From the human T2T-CHM13v2.0 reference genome, Homo sapiens, in the NCBI RefSeq assembly GCF_009914755.1, contig NC_060947.1: a stretch of DNA of 64,000 nt; one strand, written 5' to 3'. This document shows, piece after piece, positions 43,493 through 61,895 of this stretch (positions are counted from its first letter, which is position 1; every line of letters begins with the position of its first letter). A program made the translations under genes and the position numbers. The notes beneath the pieces are model-generated. The model was not told where the DNA came from, searched no databases, and saw nothing but the letters and a program-made list of their open reading frames with translations.

Positions 43493-44859
43493 TGAGAGAA
43501 AGGCAGTGGAATTTGAAGGTGGGGGTGGGATATCAGGGTTTAGGAAGTAGGGAATTTAACAGAAGGAAAAATATATGCGGGAGTAGCAGATCTTTAGTAT
43601 ATGTGAAGGCTGGAAGGGACTTATAGAACTCATAGGCCAGTCCCTTTTGTAGATGGAAAAACTGGGCCCGTAGAAGAAAAGTATTTGCTCTGGACATCTT
43701 GACTATTAACAAAGTTAGAATTAAGATCCAGCACCTACATAACTCATTAGAAAGGGCAAAGGAAAGTGAGTTTCCAGGAAGTCAGCTGTAGCTAAGAGAC
43801 CAGTCAATGTTTTAGGAAGAATTTTCATTTTTTCTTCATATTTTTAACCAACCAAGCAGCAAGTGCTAGAAGTTTTAATTTTTAAATGATAATCTATCTA
43901 TATTCCCTCTTCTTACTGAAAACAATTAATGGTACTTTATAAACCTACAAAAGTGTAAGTATGAAGTAGACATTTCACAAAAGAGGACAACTAGCCAGTA
44001 AACACGGAAAGATTCTCAACTTGATTGATTATTGAGGAGATGCAAATTTAAACCACGATGTCACTACATACCCACTGCAAAGGCTAAAATTAAAAAGACT
44101 GACAATACTAAATGTTGATGAGGATTTGGAGCAATAGGAATACAAACTTTTTCCTACTAGAGTCTAAAATGAATTTATTGGGTTAGGTCCCATTACGCAA
44201 AAGTCACTAATCAGTAATAATGTTTAGTGTTTCCAGCAGTAGTTTTACAGCAAAAACAGAGAGCATGATCTTAAAGCCTAAATTGCTAAAGATGTTTTTT
44301 TGTGTGTGTGGGGAGCTATGATGTTGACACTCAGGGAAGTATAAATTTTGGTGAACCAGAAGAATAGAATGTAGAGTACCTAAAGAAGTTGTTGACACAT
44401 CCTTTTTGACCCTTTTACTGGAATTTTTTTTTTTTTTTTTTGAGACAGGGTCTGGCTCTGTCACCTGGGCTGGAGTGCAGTGGGATGACCTTGGCTCACT
44501 GCAACCTCCGCCTCCTGGGTTTAAGTGATTCTTGGCCTCCCGAGTAGCTGGGACCACAGGCGTGTGCCACCACGCCCAGCTAATTTTTTTTTTTTTTTGT
44601 ATTCTTAGTAGAGATGGGGTTTTGCCATGTTGGCCAGGCTGGTCTCGAGTTCCTGGCCTCATATGATCCACCTGCTCGGCCTCCCAGATTGCTGGGATTA
44701 CAGGTGTGAGCCACTGTGCCCAGCCTGGAATATCATTTATCTTGACTTTTTGTCATTCCATAGGCAATTCAAAGTTACACTTTCTGGGGCAAGGGTAATA
44801 GATAGCTAGCTGAACTTAAATTATCCTTAATTTATTTTTTATTTATTTATTTTTTTTGA

Positions 44860-44964
<105 letters not shown>

Positions 44965-45211
44965 TGAGTAGCTGGGACTATAGGCGCCCGCCACCACGCC
45001 CAGCTAGTTTTTTTTTGTATTTTTAGTAGAGACGGGGTTTCACCGTGTTAGCCAGGATGGTCTTGATCTCTTGACCTTGTGATCCGCCCGCCTCAGCCTC
45101 CCAAAGTGCTGGGATTACAGGCGTGAGCCACCACGCCCGGCAAATTGTCCTTAACTTTTCTATGGTGATCACACCTTAGGGAAACCTCTGTCTTGGCTTT
45201 GCTTTGTTTAA

Positions 45212-45397
<186 letters not shown>

Positions 45398-46074
45398 TAG
45401 GGTGTACACGTGTGTGTATTTTGGAGAGTCTGAGTGGTGGTGTATGTCAGTTGTGACTGGTATGTGATTTTAAATATTGACCTTTTTGCTATATGGGTAC
45501 ATTATCTTTTTTTTTTAAGAGTACATTATCATTGAAATCAAAGAGGCCAGGAATCTTTGGATGTAGGGAGGTTTTTGCTTCCTGTTGTTGACATTCAGTA
45601 TATGAATGCTCCTGAATAGCCCTGTAGAGAGAGGATGCTAGCGAATGTGAGGCTTTTGATTTAGAGGTGCTTCTAAGCAAATGATGCTTTGATAATTAGA
45701 CACCATTGGTTGTCTTTTATTTCATTTTTATATTGTTACAGTGATCCTCCCCAGGAATTCTCAACAGAGTTTCCTTTTGTACTATAGGAATGTGTTCTAT
45801 ATGTGTAATGCTATAAAACTTCTCGTTGGGACTAGGGAATAAGGAATTTTAATTATGACTATACAGCAAGTGTTTTTATCCTATCATGGCATAGAAATCC
45901 TTAAAGGAATCTATGAACCCCTTACATTATAAACAGAAGTTTTGTATGATTATGTGTTTTTCTAGGAAAAGAGTCCATAGCTTTTTTTAGGAATATTTGT
46001 AACCCAACAAAGGTGGTGAAATTCTCGTATGAAGAGTGGTTTCCATTTAATTTCTTATGCTTTCTATTTACTAG

Positions 46075-46176
<102 letters not shown>

Positions 46177-46239
46177 TGATTTGATCTAAATGCCTTTTTG
46201 TAATCAAGTGACTGTGTGTGTGTGTATCTGAGTGCCTGA

Positions 46240-46392
<153 letters not shown>

Positions 46393-47269
46393 TAACATTA
46401 CTTAGCATTATTAAAAAATTTTTTTTTGAGACAGGATCTTGCTCTCTTACCCAGGCTGGATGCTGTGGTGTGATCATAGTTCACTGAACCAGGCACACGC
46501 CACCGTGCCAGGCTCTTTTTTTTTTTTTTTTTTTTTTTTGGTAGAGACAGGGTTTTACTATTTTGCCCAGGCTGAGCTCAAGCAATCCTCCCACCTCGGC
46601 TTCCCAAAATGCTGGGATTACAGGTGTGAGCCAACACGCCTAACCAGTATTATTAAAATTTATGTGCGTAAAGCAACCTTGAGCAGTGATAGCAGAATCA
46701 ATTGAGTGACCTAGTCTTTCTATTTATTTATTTATTTTGAGATGGAGTTTCACTCTTGTTGCCCAGGCAGGAGTGCAATGGCACGATCTCGGCTCACTGC
46801 AACCTCCACCTCTCCCAGGTTCAAGCAATTTTCTTGCCTCAGCCTCCTGAGTAGCTGGGATTGCAGGTGCCTGCCACCATGCCCAGCTAATTTTTGTATT
46901 TTTAGTAGAAACGGGGTTTCACTATGTTGGCCAGGCTGGTCTCGAATTCCTGACCTCAGGTGATCCACCTGCCTCAGCCTCCCAAAGTGCTGGGATTACA
47001 GGCGTGAGCCACTGCTCCCAGCCAGTCTTTTTTTTTAAAGCAAGCATATATTTTAGTGTGTATGTTCTATAAAGATTGCTATTAGCCGTTAATGATGAAA
47101 AAGTAGTATACGCTTACTTTTGGAATCTTGGAAAGCACAGAAAAATGAGGTGAGCATAAAAATCAAATGGATTTTTATCCATTTGGGCTCTGAGCTATCA
47201 CTGCTTTTTCCTGGAATGTGAAAACTCACCTATGTCCCAGGCCCTTACATGGAGCTTAGGGAAATGGGT

Positions 47270-48960
<1,691 letters not shown>

Positions 48961-49842
48961 ACATTGAAGGAATGAAGCAGGGAAACAATTTCTTATAATT
49001 CCTTAAACAAATAGAAGAGGGAGCTAAGGACGTTTGAGAGAATTATCTGGCGTACTGAGGTTCTCAATTAAGAATCCACATGATTATAAGACTTTTCTCC
49101 TGTAATTTTTAGCAGTAAGTAGTACGGCTGTTAAGTTTGTCAGAAGGGGCAGAGAACTGGAGAGAAAAGGTGAAGGATTGGACAGTCAGAAAGACTGATG
49201 AAGAAATAAGCATTCTGGGCAGAGAACACAATGTTCAATATCATGGAAGAATGAAAGAGCAGGGCAAGTTCAGGGAACTATACGTAACTAGAACATGCAT
49301 ATATCATTAAGGAGATGAGATTTTCATTTTTGTTCATTCTGGTTTGGGTTGAAAGAATGTACTTTCTCAGTTTGCTGTGCTTATTACACATTGGAAAGTG
49401 GAGAGTGGAAATGTCCCTTGTTGGGTCAATTATCCATTATTGTTTTATGAAAACACCTAATCACCCAGAATTCTGGCAGTAGAAGTGTTGGTAAGCTCAC
49501 AGATGTCTAAAAAAGACTATGTATAGCAAGTGATAAGCAAGAGTGTTACAGAAAGGTACTTGACCTGGTGATGGCTGACTTAGGACATAGGGCAGACTTA
49601 ACAAGGAGCTTATGTAAAACAGTAAGAAAAACCCAGAAGATACTAATAAAAAAGTAAGCAGAGGGCAGATGGACAAATCACAAAAGAGAAAAATTAAATA
49701 GCTAACAAACATGAATAAATATTCTGTTGCACTAGTAATCCAAGAAATGCAATTGGGCCAGGCATGGTGGCTCATGCCTGTAATCCCAGCACTTTGGGAG
49801 GCTGAGGCAGATAGATCACCTTAGGTCGGCAGTTTGAGATCA

Positions 49843-50034
<192 letters not shown>

Positions 50035-50100
50035 CTAAGAAGGAAGAAAAAAAAAAAAGCAATTGAAAGAAAGAGATACTTTTTTTTTTAAACCTATTAG

Positions 50101-50349
<249 letters not shown>

Positions 50350-51092
50350 TGAGCCACTGCGCTTGGCCAACTCAATTTTTTAGTAGACATAATGGTAGTG
50401 AGACAGGTGCTCTCACGTATTGCTGTTGGCAGTATAAAATTGTGTGAGATTTCTGGAAAGCTATTTGGCAACATTGAGAGACTAAAATAAATTGTTGAGT
50501 GAACAGACTTTATTGTCAAGTAGACTTGGATTTGAACATTGGCCCCACCACTTAATAGCAATGTGACTTTGAGCAAATAACTTAGTCTCTGCTTCTCCTA
50601 TCTGTAAAATAAGAATAATAGTACCCCCCTTCAAGAGGGTTGTTTTGAGGATTAAATAAAATAGTGCATGTAAGTACTTACCATGTGGTAAGATTATAAT
50701 CCTAATCAGAGATGTAGTTAAAGGTATTCATGATATTGTTACTTATATTAGCAAGGATTTATTTAACCTGAATAGTTGACATAAAGGGGATGATGTTATA
50801 GTGCCATCTGTATAATTAATTATTAGGTACAGATTTACCTAATAAGCTCTTTTTTGGAAAACTTAATGACCAAAAAATGCTCACAATGTTAAGTGAGAAA
50901 AGCAGAGCACAAAGATGTTTATTTTATCTCAGTCATGCTTTTTTAAAAAAGATGTATATACGTACAAAAAAGGCTGGAAGGAAACACACCAGAGTGATAA
51001 TAGTGGTTATTTCTGTGACATGGGGTTAGGATTGTCTTTGTTTTCATCTTTTATATGTTTTCCGTGGTTTTTCCTCATATAGGAAGCAGGGA

Positions 51093-51462
<370 letters not shown>

Positions 51463-53100
51463 TTATTGAGCACCTACTGTGCCAAGGAAATAGTCAAGTG
51501 GAAAATGGTGGGGGAGAAGTTCCTGGCAGATAGCACAAATGCAAAAGTAGATGAAGGTGCCTTGGATAGGGAAGTGTGCTGGTAGTTAAATATGACTAGG
51601 ATGCATGGTGGAATTACGTTTGGTAGTGAGATACGAGATTTTAAAGGTAGAGGGGCCAAATCATGAAACGCCTAGTATGTTAACACCAAACCTTTAGAAG
51701 GAGAAAGGGACATATCAGGTACTAGTACCTGAATGTATCATTCTGAAACCCATCTGAAGAATGGATTGGAGGAGGAGAATAAGACAGAGACCGGTAAAGA
51801 AACTATTGACAGCATTCCCAGTTAAAAATACTGACGGCCTGAACTAAGGTCAGTATCAATAAGAGTAAAAAAATGAAGATGGGGTGTAGAGATACTTAGG
51901 AGGTAGAATTGATATTTCATAAATGGTTAGAAGTTGGGGGCACGGGTAAAGGATAGAGATTTTAAGGTGGTATCAAGCACTCATGCTCTTGGTGGAAACA
52001 TAAATTAGTACAAACGTTTTAGAGGACTATAAATGTTCATTTCCATTGGCTAAGAAACTTCACTTCTAGGGACTACTCCACACAAGTTTATAAAGGTACA
52101 TGTACAAATGTTCTTTGCAGCATTGCTTGTAATTGCAAAAACATGGAGTATTCTAAATATCCAACAATAGGAAATTGTTTAAAAAATGGCACATCTAGGC
52201 CGGGCACGGTGGCTCACGCCTGTAATCCCAGCACTTTGGGAGGCTGAGGTGGGCGGATCACGAGGTCAGGAGATTGAGATCATCCTGGCTAACACAGGTG
52301 AAACCCCGTCTCTACTAAAAATATAAAAAATTAGCCGGGCGTGGTGGCGAGCACCTGTAGTCCCAGCTACTCGGGAGGCTGAGGCAGGACAATGGCGGGA
52401 GGAACCCGGGAGGCCGAGCTTGCTGTGAGCCGAGATCGTGCTACTGCACTCCAGCCTGGGCAACAGAGCGAGACTCCGTCTCACAAAAAAAAAAAAAAAA
52501 AAAAGGCACATCTATATGATGAAATACTGCTAAGCTATCAAAATGGTAGACTTAGCTAACAAATTAGGTGTATCTGTATATGCTCATATGAAAAGATACT
52601 CAAATTGCATTATTGAGAACCATATTACTCAACAGTATTTAAAAAAGAGGGTCACAAATTTGGATTCTAAGGACAGGTAATATAAATGAGTGAAATGGGC
52701 TATGTTGTGGGGGCCAATGAACTGGTGAGCATGTATCCCATCTAGGAGTCAGTCACTATTTAGCTCAGTTGTTGCCATGGAATTGAATTACCAAAGGGAG
52801 AAATGGAGAATAGTTTTTACTTTAGACTTGTTTGTACTTAGGTATTTGAATTTTTTAGTGAGCACATAGTACTTTTGAAATTAAGAGAAATTTCCGTTTT
52901 TGGAAGGATGAATAAATCAAATGACCTCCAAAATTCTGACTTGGGCAACAGGTGGTGCCATTGACTAATATGGGAAATACAGGAAGAGTGGTTTGGAGAA
53001 AAGATAGCAGAGTTCAACTTGCTATGTTGTATTGGGGTGGGACATCTAAGTGAAGACTTTTAATAGGTAGTTAGCTGTGTACAGGTCCAAAGCTCAGAAG

Positions 53101-53131
<31 letters not shown>

Positions 53132-53752
53132 GAGACAGAATCTTGCTCTGTCGCCCAGGCTGGAGTGCAGTGGTGCGATCTCAGCCCATGGCAACCTTCG
53201 CCGCCCAGGTTCAAGTGATTTGCCTATCTCAGCCCATGGCAACCTTCGCCGCCCAGGTTCAAGTGATTTGCCTGCCTCAGCCTCCCAAGTAGCTGGGATT
53301 ACAGGCACATGTCACCACACCCAGCTAATTTTTGTATTTTTAGCAGAGACGGGGTTTCACCGTGTTGGCCAGGCTGGTCTCAAACTCCTGACCTCAAATG
53401 CTCCACCTCCCTCGGCTTCTCAAAGTGCTGGGATTATAGGCGTGAGCTTTTGCACCTGGCCTCAGAAGAGAATTTATACTATAAATATGGTTACTTTTCA
53501 GATTATCAGCATATAAAAATATAAGTAGATGAGCTCAAATAGGGAGTAGGGTACATTCCTTGAACCCTCTGATGTTGTATGTAAAATATGATTGTATATT
53601 TTACTGAGTAGAAAGACCATAGATTTTATCAGATTGTCAAAGTGTGTGACCCCAAAAAACATAAGAGTCACTGTTTAGAGGATGTGGGATAAGAATAGAC
53701 CTGACAAATTCCAATATTTAAGATAACAGGTGAGGCCTGGGATGGTGGCTCA

Positions 53753-54064
<312 letters not shown>

Positions 54065-55509
54065 CTAGGAGAGAATAATATACTGCAAACCAAGAGAAGA
54101 GGACTTCAAAGAGGGAAAATTACCAACAGGTCAGGTGTTAGAGAGAAGACCAAAGAGGATGGTTATTAGAAGTTATTAGAGGATGGTTATTGAAGTGGTA
54201 GGATAAAAAGCCAGACTGTAGGGGTTGTGAATGAATGGGAAGTAAGAAAGTAGAGATTGAGAGTTGATTGTGAAGGGAGGAAGGAAGTAGACAATATGTT
54301 GAGGGGATGAAGGCAGTTGGGCAGAGGAGAACTTCGTATAGGTCAAAGAGAAGAAAATTAAGGATATGAAATGCCTATGGAGGTGGGAAGATAGACATTG
54401 AGAAAGTTTTAACATCTTATTTCTCTGTAAAGTAGGAAACAGCATATTTTTTTGCTGAGATTAAAGTGGGAGAAGGAATTTGAAGAAAAATATCAATAAG
54501 CGAATTATTTTTGTGGGAAATTGGAAAAGGAGCTGATTAGGGACATTTCAGAAGAACGCTGTTGAGCAACTTTTGAAGGTCCAGCTGAAGATGGAGACTT
54601 TTTTTTTTTTTTGGCAGTATCAGTTGGCACAGTTCTGTAATTTTTGTCAGTGCTCATCAAATCAAGTTAGGAAACTGAGAAGGCAGGTGATAAAATTGAT
54701 TCAGGATTGAGATTTTGTTTTGTGGATGTGCTGGAAAGATTGGGAATTGAGGGTATTAGCAAAAAAAAAAATTATTGAAGTTCGGGCATCTCAAACCTTG
54801 TCACTCTTTAGTGACGCTTTATTGCAGAGGATTGTGACTATATAGTCTCCAGTTTGGGGGAATATCTCAGAGCAGCTCCACAAAAGTTTGAAATTTCTTT
54901 GGCAATTTGTGTTTTATCTTAAAAATGTGTGCAAATTTTCCGTTAGGCTTATCTGTACTTTAACTTGCTTCAAATTTCTTACCAAATTACTTTATATCCC
55001 CTCTCCAATCTTCAAGTAAAATTGCTGATTCAGGAAGTTATACAACAATGATCCCATAGCTTAGTTTGGTATATCCTTCTGCATTACCTAGTTTTTAAAA
55101 CATGGGGCTGATTATACATTAAAGTAATGCCAGGAGAGGCTTAATATGTTGAGAGATAGAAATTAATGGGCCTGGCAGTTTTCTTGAAGTAAAAGAAAGA
55201 GAATGAAAAAACTGGACAGATACAAGGCTGTGATAAGAAAGTAGAATATTTGGAGTTGAAAGTTCCAGAGGTGAAGCAGTTTTCAGTAGATAGCATTCTG
55301 GGTATAGCCATGGATGTGTTTGGCTGGAGCAAAGGTGCAAACTATTGGCACAAAGATTTGCAGGGATTTGGATAGGTTGTACATGTGAACAATAAGGTAA
55401 CTCACTATGATGGGAAAGATTTGGAGCCGAGAGAATGATTGTGCCAGGTGCATAAGTCTTTGTGAATGAGAATCAGTTAATAATGGTGACTAAAGGTGAA
55501 GAACACAGA

Positions 55510-55830
55510 TTTCAAACTCAAGTGTCCTGCAGGGGCCAGGCAAGTAATGTAAATGACTAAGGTGGGCTAGGTGGGATTGTGCTAAACTAGAAAAGTGCAT
55601 ATTCCATCTAAAGCAGCATGTCCTTCTTCTGATTGTTGTCCTAAGGAAATGAGTATCCAGTGTTGCTAGATAACTGAATTTTTCAAGAGAAGCTGAAAAT
55701 CTGGACTTTTTATGTGATTTCTCAAATTTTTACGTATTTGCAAAGAGTTTAAATATTTTTTTACTCCTTTGGCCAAATAAAAACATCTATCTGCAGGCCA
55801 AATCTGGCTCCAAGTCTTCAACCTCTGGCA
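55510..55830. mobile_element. hAT MER102-like element (tentative)
   Basis: CAAACTCAAGTG..CAGGGGCCAGGCAAGTAATGTAAATGA and TTTTCAAGAGAAGCTGAAAATCTGGACTTTT motifs. Confidence 0.5.
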
Positions 55831-57062
55831 TAGTAAAAAACAGGCCTTAGAGTAGGAGAGATTTTTTTTTTTCTCCCCAAGAAGAAGTAAATAATGTCTG
55901 GGTAGTAGCAGTGGACAGCCTAGAAGGCTGACTTTCCCCCCTCCTTAACCAGTGGATGAGAGAATAGGAAACTTCTGAATAGGGTTATAAGGGTTAGTGG
56001 TGCCATGTGATATGAAATGGTGACATCTAGAAAGACACCATAAAGACATTGAGGAGTGAAAGGCACATGAAATATTTCCTACTATCAGGCGATATACACG
56101 AAATAATATTTCTGTTTAAAACGTTGTTGGTTCAGCCATATAATATGATCCTGCCTCTGTTTTTAATTAATAGTAACAAAGTCCAGGCTGGGTGCAGCGG
56201 CTCACTCCTGTAATCCTAATGCTTTGGGAGGCCAAGGCAGGAGGATCTCTTGAGGCCAGAAGTTCAAGATCAGCCCCGGCAAGAGACCCTGTCTCTAAAA
56301 AAATTTTTTAAATTAGCTGGGCATGGCAGTGTGTGCCTGTTGCTGAGCCTGTCTCAAAAAACAAAAAATAAAAATAGTAACAAAGTCCATGTGGACTTTA
56401 TTCTCTACTTTAAAATTTTTATTTTGTAAAATTTTGTTAGTATTAAAGTTAATCTAAATTAGTAGAATGATATCTCTAGTTAACATTATTTTGACTCTGC
56501 ATATTCAGATCCTTCACACATAATATACTGCATATGAGCATATTTCTATAACATTTTACACTGACTTCTTTGACTTACCCTTTATTAGTCACATATTTAG
56601 CCCGTGAACTATATTGTATATAGCCAGAATACTTAGCACTAAGATTAGGGTCATTAGGCAAAAACCAGAAGATAAGTAACACTCCATATAAAACACATCT
56701 GGACATAAACGGCATGTATCAGAGGAATTAGTCTTGTCCTTAAGTGATGACAGTGGACTGTACGCTAATTATAGAGTTATGCCATTGTACCTTCCAGCTG
56801 CCACGTAAGTACTAGATCAGTCTCAGAACCTCTGTTCATGTTTAAATAGCATTTGAAAAGAACATTAATAATCAGGAAAGCCCACAACTTTAAGTGGTTG
56901 GAGTTATTTGCACCAGTCCCAAAAGGACCGCAACAGTTAAAGGAGAGAGTCATACAGATAAGTCCCTTCTGAAAAATACAACCCAAACTTTTTGCCAGAC
57001 TTAACAAAATTGGCAGAGGCCTTACTACTTAATGTTTAGTTAAATTTGAAATGAGCTACACA

Positions 57063-57100
57063 ATCTGTGGCTATATCACCCTAAATGTGCCTGATCTCAT
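57063..57100 (+). pseudogene. 5S rRNA 5' fragment (tailless retropseudogene)
   Basis: 28/38 identity to 5S nt 1-38 with all mismatches transitions; flanked by direct repeat ATTTGAAATGAGCTACA (57044-57060, 57099-57115). Confidence 0.85.
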
Positions 57101-58108
57101 TTGAAATGAGCTACATAGTCTGAACCAATAGGTGATGCTGAGCTAGTCATGATGAGATTCCTCTTTCCCAAAGATTTCATAGCAAGTTTCTCCTCTAGTG
57201 CTCTTAAAACCAAAATCAACTCCAGTAAGAAGCCATCTTTGGGATGGACATAGGTAGAACATGTGTCATGAAACCTGAGAGCCCGAAGTTTTAGAATGCT
57301 CAGTTGGACCCCACAATCTAGATATAAATTTACAAAGAAAAACAGAAATCTCCCCTTGTCCCCAACTTTTGAGTATCTCCCAACCTTTTGTGGGCTCTGA
57401 TAGTTGTTCAGGTTATAGGACCTTTGCCTGACATTCTGGAGTCTCATCCTATGCCTGTGCAGCTTAGTAGTTATTCAGCCAAAGACTAAAGGGAACCCTT
57501 GCAGATCTTGTTATTTTTCTATGGAGCACCCTCTTCTCCAGTTGTGCCTTGCAATTTCCAGCTGTCTTAACCTCCTCAGACTCCAGTATGTCTCCAGAGC
57601 TCAGGAAGACTGCTATAATTGGCTTGCCTTCAGCAGAAAGCCAGGGACAATTGTAGGGCTCACTTCATTTCCCTTTCCTTCTTACAAGGATCATACAATC
57701 TTATACTACTAGTTGCTCAGTGTCTGAAAACAGTTGTTTCATTTGTTTTTTTCTAGTTTTCTGGTTATAGTAGGAGGACTAATCCAATAGCATTTATTCT
57801 ATCATGCCCAGAAAGTCTTTTAATGTTTAGTTTTATGGTATTTCTGACATACGGAAACTTCATATGCATACATTTGTATTTATCAGTCTTTTCCTATATG
57901 ATTCTTATTTTTGGTATTATAACTGTTCAAAAGATCTTCCCTACCCCCAAGATAGCAAACCATATTTTCTTCTAATACATACAATATTTTAAATATCTAA
58001 ATGTTTATCTACTTTTTAGAATAAAATCTGAAGTAGAAGGTAAATATTTAACTTTCTTTCCCAAATGACTAGCCAAAGTGCCCAAGTCCCATTTATGGAA
58101 CAGTCTAA

Positions 58109-58519
<411 letters not shown>

Positions 58520-58611
58520 TAGCCAGGATGGTCTCTATCTCCTGACCTCGTGATCCGCCTGCCTCGGCCTCCCAAAGTGTTTACAGGCATGAGCCACCGC
58601 GCCTGGCCTAA

Positions 58612-58833
<222 letters not shown>

Positions 58834-59979
58834 TAGTCTGGTGCTATTATCACCAGATAATTGTTTTATCACAAAGGCTTTAAAATTTTAAATTCCTTGA
58901 CTGTGCTTGCCTAATTATCCTAAATAAACTCTAAGGTCATTTTTGTTAGATTCTACCTTGTCCTCGAATAAATAAACATGATTGAGACCTTATTTAATTT
59001 ATAGATTAATTTGGAGAAACTGTATATCTTTATAATTCTCCATTTTTCCTCCTGGGAGCTTATGTTTCTTCATTTATTCACATTTTCTTTTATGTCCCCC
59101 AATAATGGCTTCTAGTTTTCTTCATACAGTTTCTAGGCATGTTTTGTTTAATTTATTTAATTTGATAGTTTTTGTTGCTTTTGAATTTCTCATTGTCGAG
59201 TTTATTCCTAGGTAATTTAAAAGTTTTTATTTTGTTTATTTATTTTTCATTGTCGATATTCAATATAAAATTTAAAAGCTTTGCTGCCATTGTGCTTGTA
59301 CTCTTTTTTTCCTAACTGGTTATTAAGTCTAAAGGTTTCAATTTGAAGAATATGAATAGATGATTCAGTATTGTTCATAGGTTAAATATAATGCTTAAAG
59401 TATTTCCATAATACTAGTTTCTAAGTCTTTGTTATGAGGGTACTACTCTGTAAGTTTGGCCACTCATGAATAATAAGGGTCTTTTTTTTCCATCAGTGAT
59501 TGGGACCCAAGGTATAAGTATTTCTGACCAGGCTTGGTGGCTCACAACAGTAATCCCAGCACTTTGGGAGGCTGAGGCGGGTGGATCACTTGAGGCCAGG
59601 AGTTCAAGACCAGCCTGGCCAACATGGTGAAACCCCATCTCTACTAAAAATACAAAAATTAGCCGGGACTGGTGCTGGTGACATGCACCTGGAGCTGAGA
59701 TCGTGCCACTGTACCCCAGCCTGGGCGACAGAATGAGACTCTGTCTCCAAAAAAAAAAAAAAGAAAAAGAGAAATATTTCCATATGAAAGTTAAGTCCTT
59801 CATGTCATTGAAGAGAAGAAAAACTTCCCCCGATCCTGCTTGGGTCTCTTGCTGCCATCTTGTCTCTTTCTCTTTCCATACAGACTTTTTTATTATGGAA
59901 AATATACATAATATAAAAATTTGTCATTTTAACTTTTTTTTTTTTTTTTTTTGAGACGGAGTCTCATTCTGTTTCCTAG

Positions 59980-60171
<192 letters not shown>

Positions 60172-60954
60172 TGATCCACCTCCCCTCAGCCTTCCAAAGT
60201 GCTGGGATTACAGGTATGAGCCATCATGCCCAGCCGTCATTTTAACTATTTTTAAGTGTACAAATCAGTGGCATTAAGTTCAATCACAGTGTAGTGCAAC
60301 CATTACCACTGTGTATTTCCAGAACTTTCTTATTATTCCAAACAGAAACTCTATACCCCTTACATGGTAACTCCCCTTCTTCCCAGCTCCTGGTAACCTC
60401 TATTCTAGTTTCTATCTCTATGAAATTGCCTATTCTAGGTATGTCATATAAGTAAATCATACATTATATACAATATTCTTCCTTTTGTGTCTGGTTTGTT
60501 TTACTTACCATGTTTTCAAGGTTCATCCATGTTGTAGCATGTATCAGAGTTTCATTCTTTTTTATGACAGCCAGACTTCTTTTATGAATATGTAACGTCT
60601 CTCACTATTTTCTTTGTCTTCCAGTAATGCCTCGCTTAGCTTTAAGCTGGCTTCCACCCTGTCCAGTCTACCAAGTAAACAGGATCACATAATTATCAGA
60701 TATAGTGGGCACTTTTCTGTCCTTATCTTGACCTCACCCTAGTATTTGACATCATTGACCATTCTTTCCTCACAACAGTATTGTGATTGGCTTCCATGAC
60801 AATTTTTAGCTCTGGCCGGGGGAGGCCGAGATGGGTGGATCACCTGAGGTCAGGAGTTCGAGAGCAGCCTGGCCAACATGGTGAAACCCCGTCTTCACTA
60901 AAAATACAAAAAAATTAGCCAGGCGTGGTGGCACGTGGTATGAGAATGCACTCA

Positions 60955-61080
<126 letters not shown>

Positions 61081-61895
61081 TTATTTTCCTCCCACCTCTT
61101 AAACTATTCCTTTTTAATCTCCTTTGCTGAATGTTCTGCCCACTCCTGTAACTTCAGTTGCCACCTCTTTTCCTGATGACTCTATTGTAGACAAAGCCAC
61201 TTGCCAAACATTTCCTCTTGGATGTCTCAATGGAACTTAAAACATACCTCAAGCTGAATGTATTATTGTTTCCTCCTATCCTTCCTTATTCCAACTTTCT
61301 CCCTCTCTCCTTCTTTACTTGAATCACTCATTTACAATTTCCAATCTGGGTTTAATGGGGCATTAACATTACCCAGTAGCTACGTCTAGGAAACTCTTTT
61401 TTTTTAATTCTTCACTTTGAATAAGTTCCAACATCCAGTATGTCACTAAAGTTCACATTACATTTTGCCTAGTCGCCTGGTGAATGTCCCAGCCTTTACA
61501 TTTATCTCCTTCTAACCTATCATCTACATTTCTGTCAGGTAGACCTTTTAAAAAACAAAAAAGCAAAATCTCTTATAAAAAGATCAAATAATCTAGAAAT
61601 ACATAAAATTAAAAGTTAAAGCCTCTGCCTGCCCTCCCACTCCTGTCTCCCATATTTTCATTTCCCCAGAGATAACAGCTTGGTCTATAGTCTTAGGTAC
61701 TTTTTTCTATGCTTAGACAAAACGTGTTTACTTATTACGCTGCTCTCAGCACACTGCCTATAGGGTAGCCCTGTTCCGCAAGAGCAGTCAAAAAGAAAAT
61801 TACATGTAGGTTTTCAAGTTTTTGTTTTATTCTGTAATTTGCTCTTTTTTGCTCATGAATGTATTCTGATCCTTTTTATTTTGAGATAATTATAG

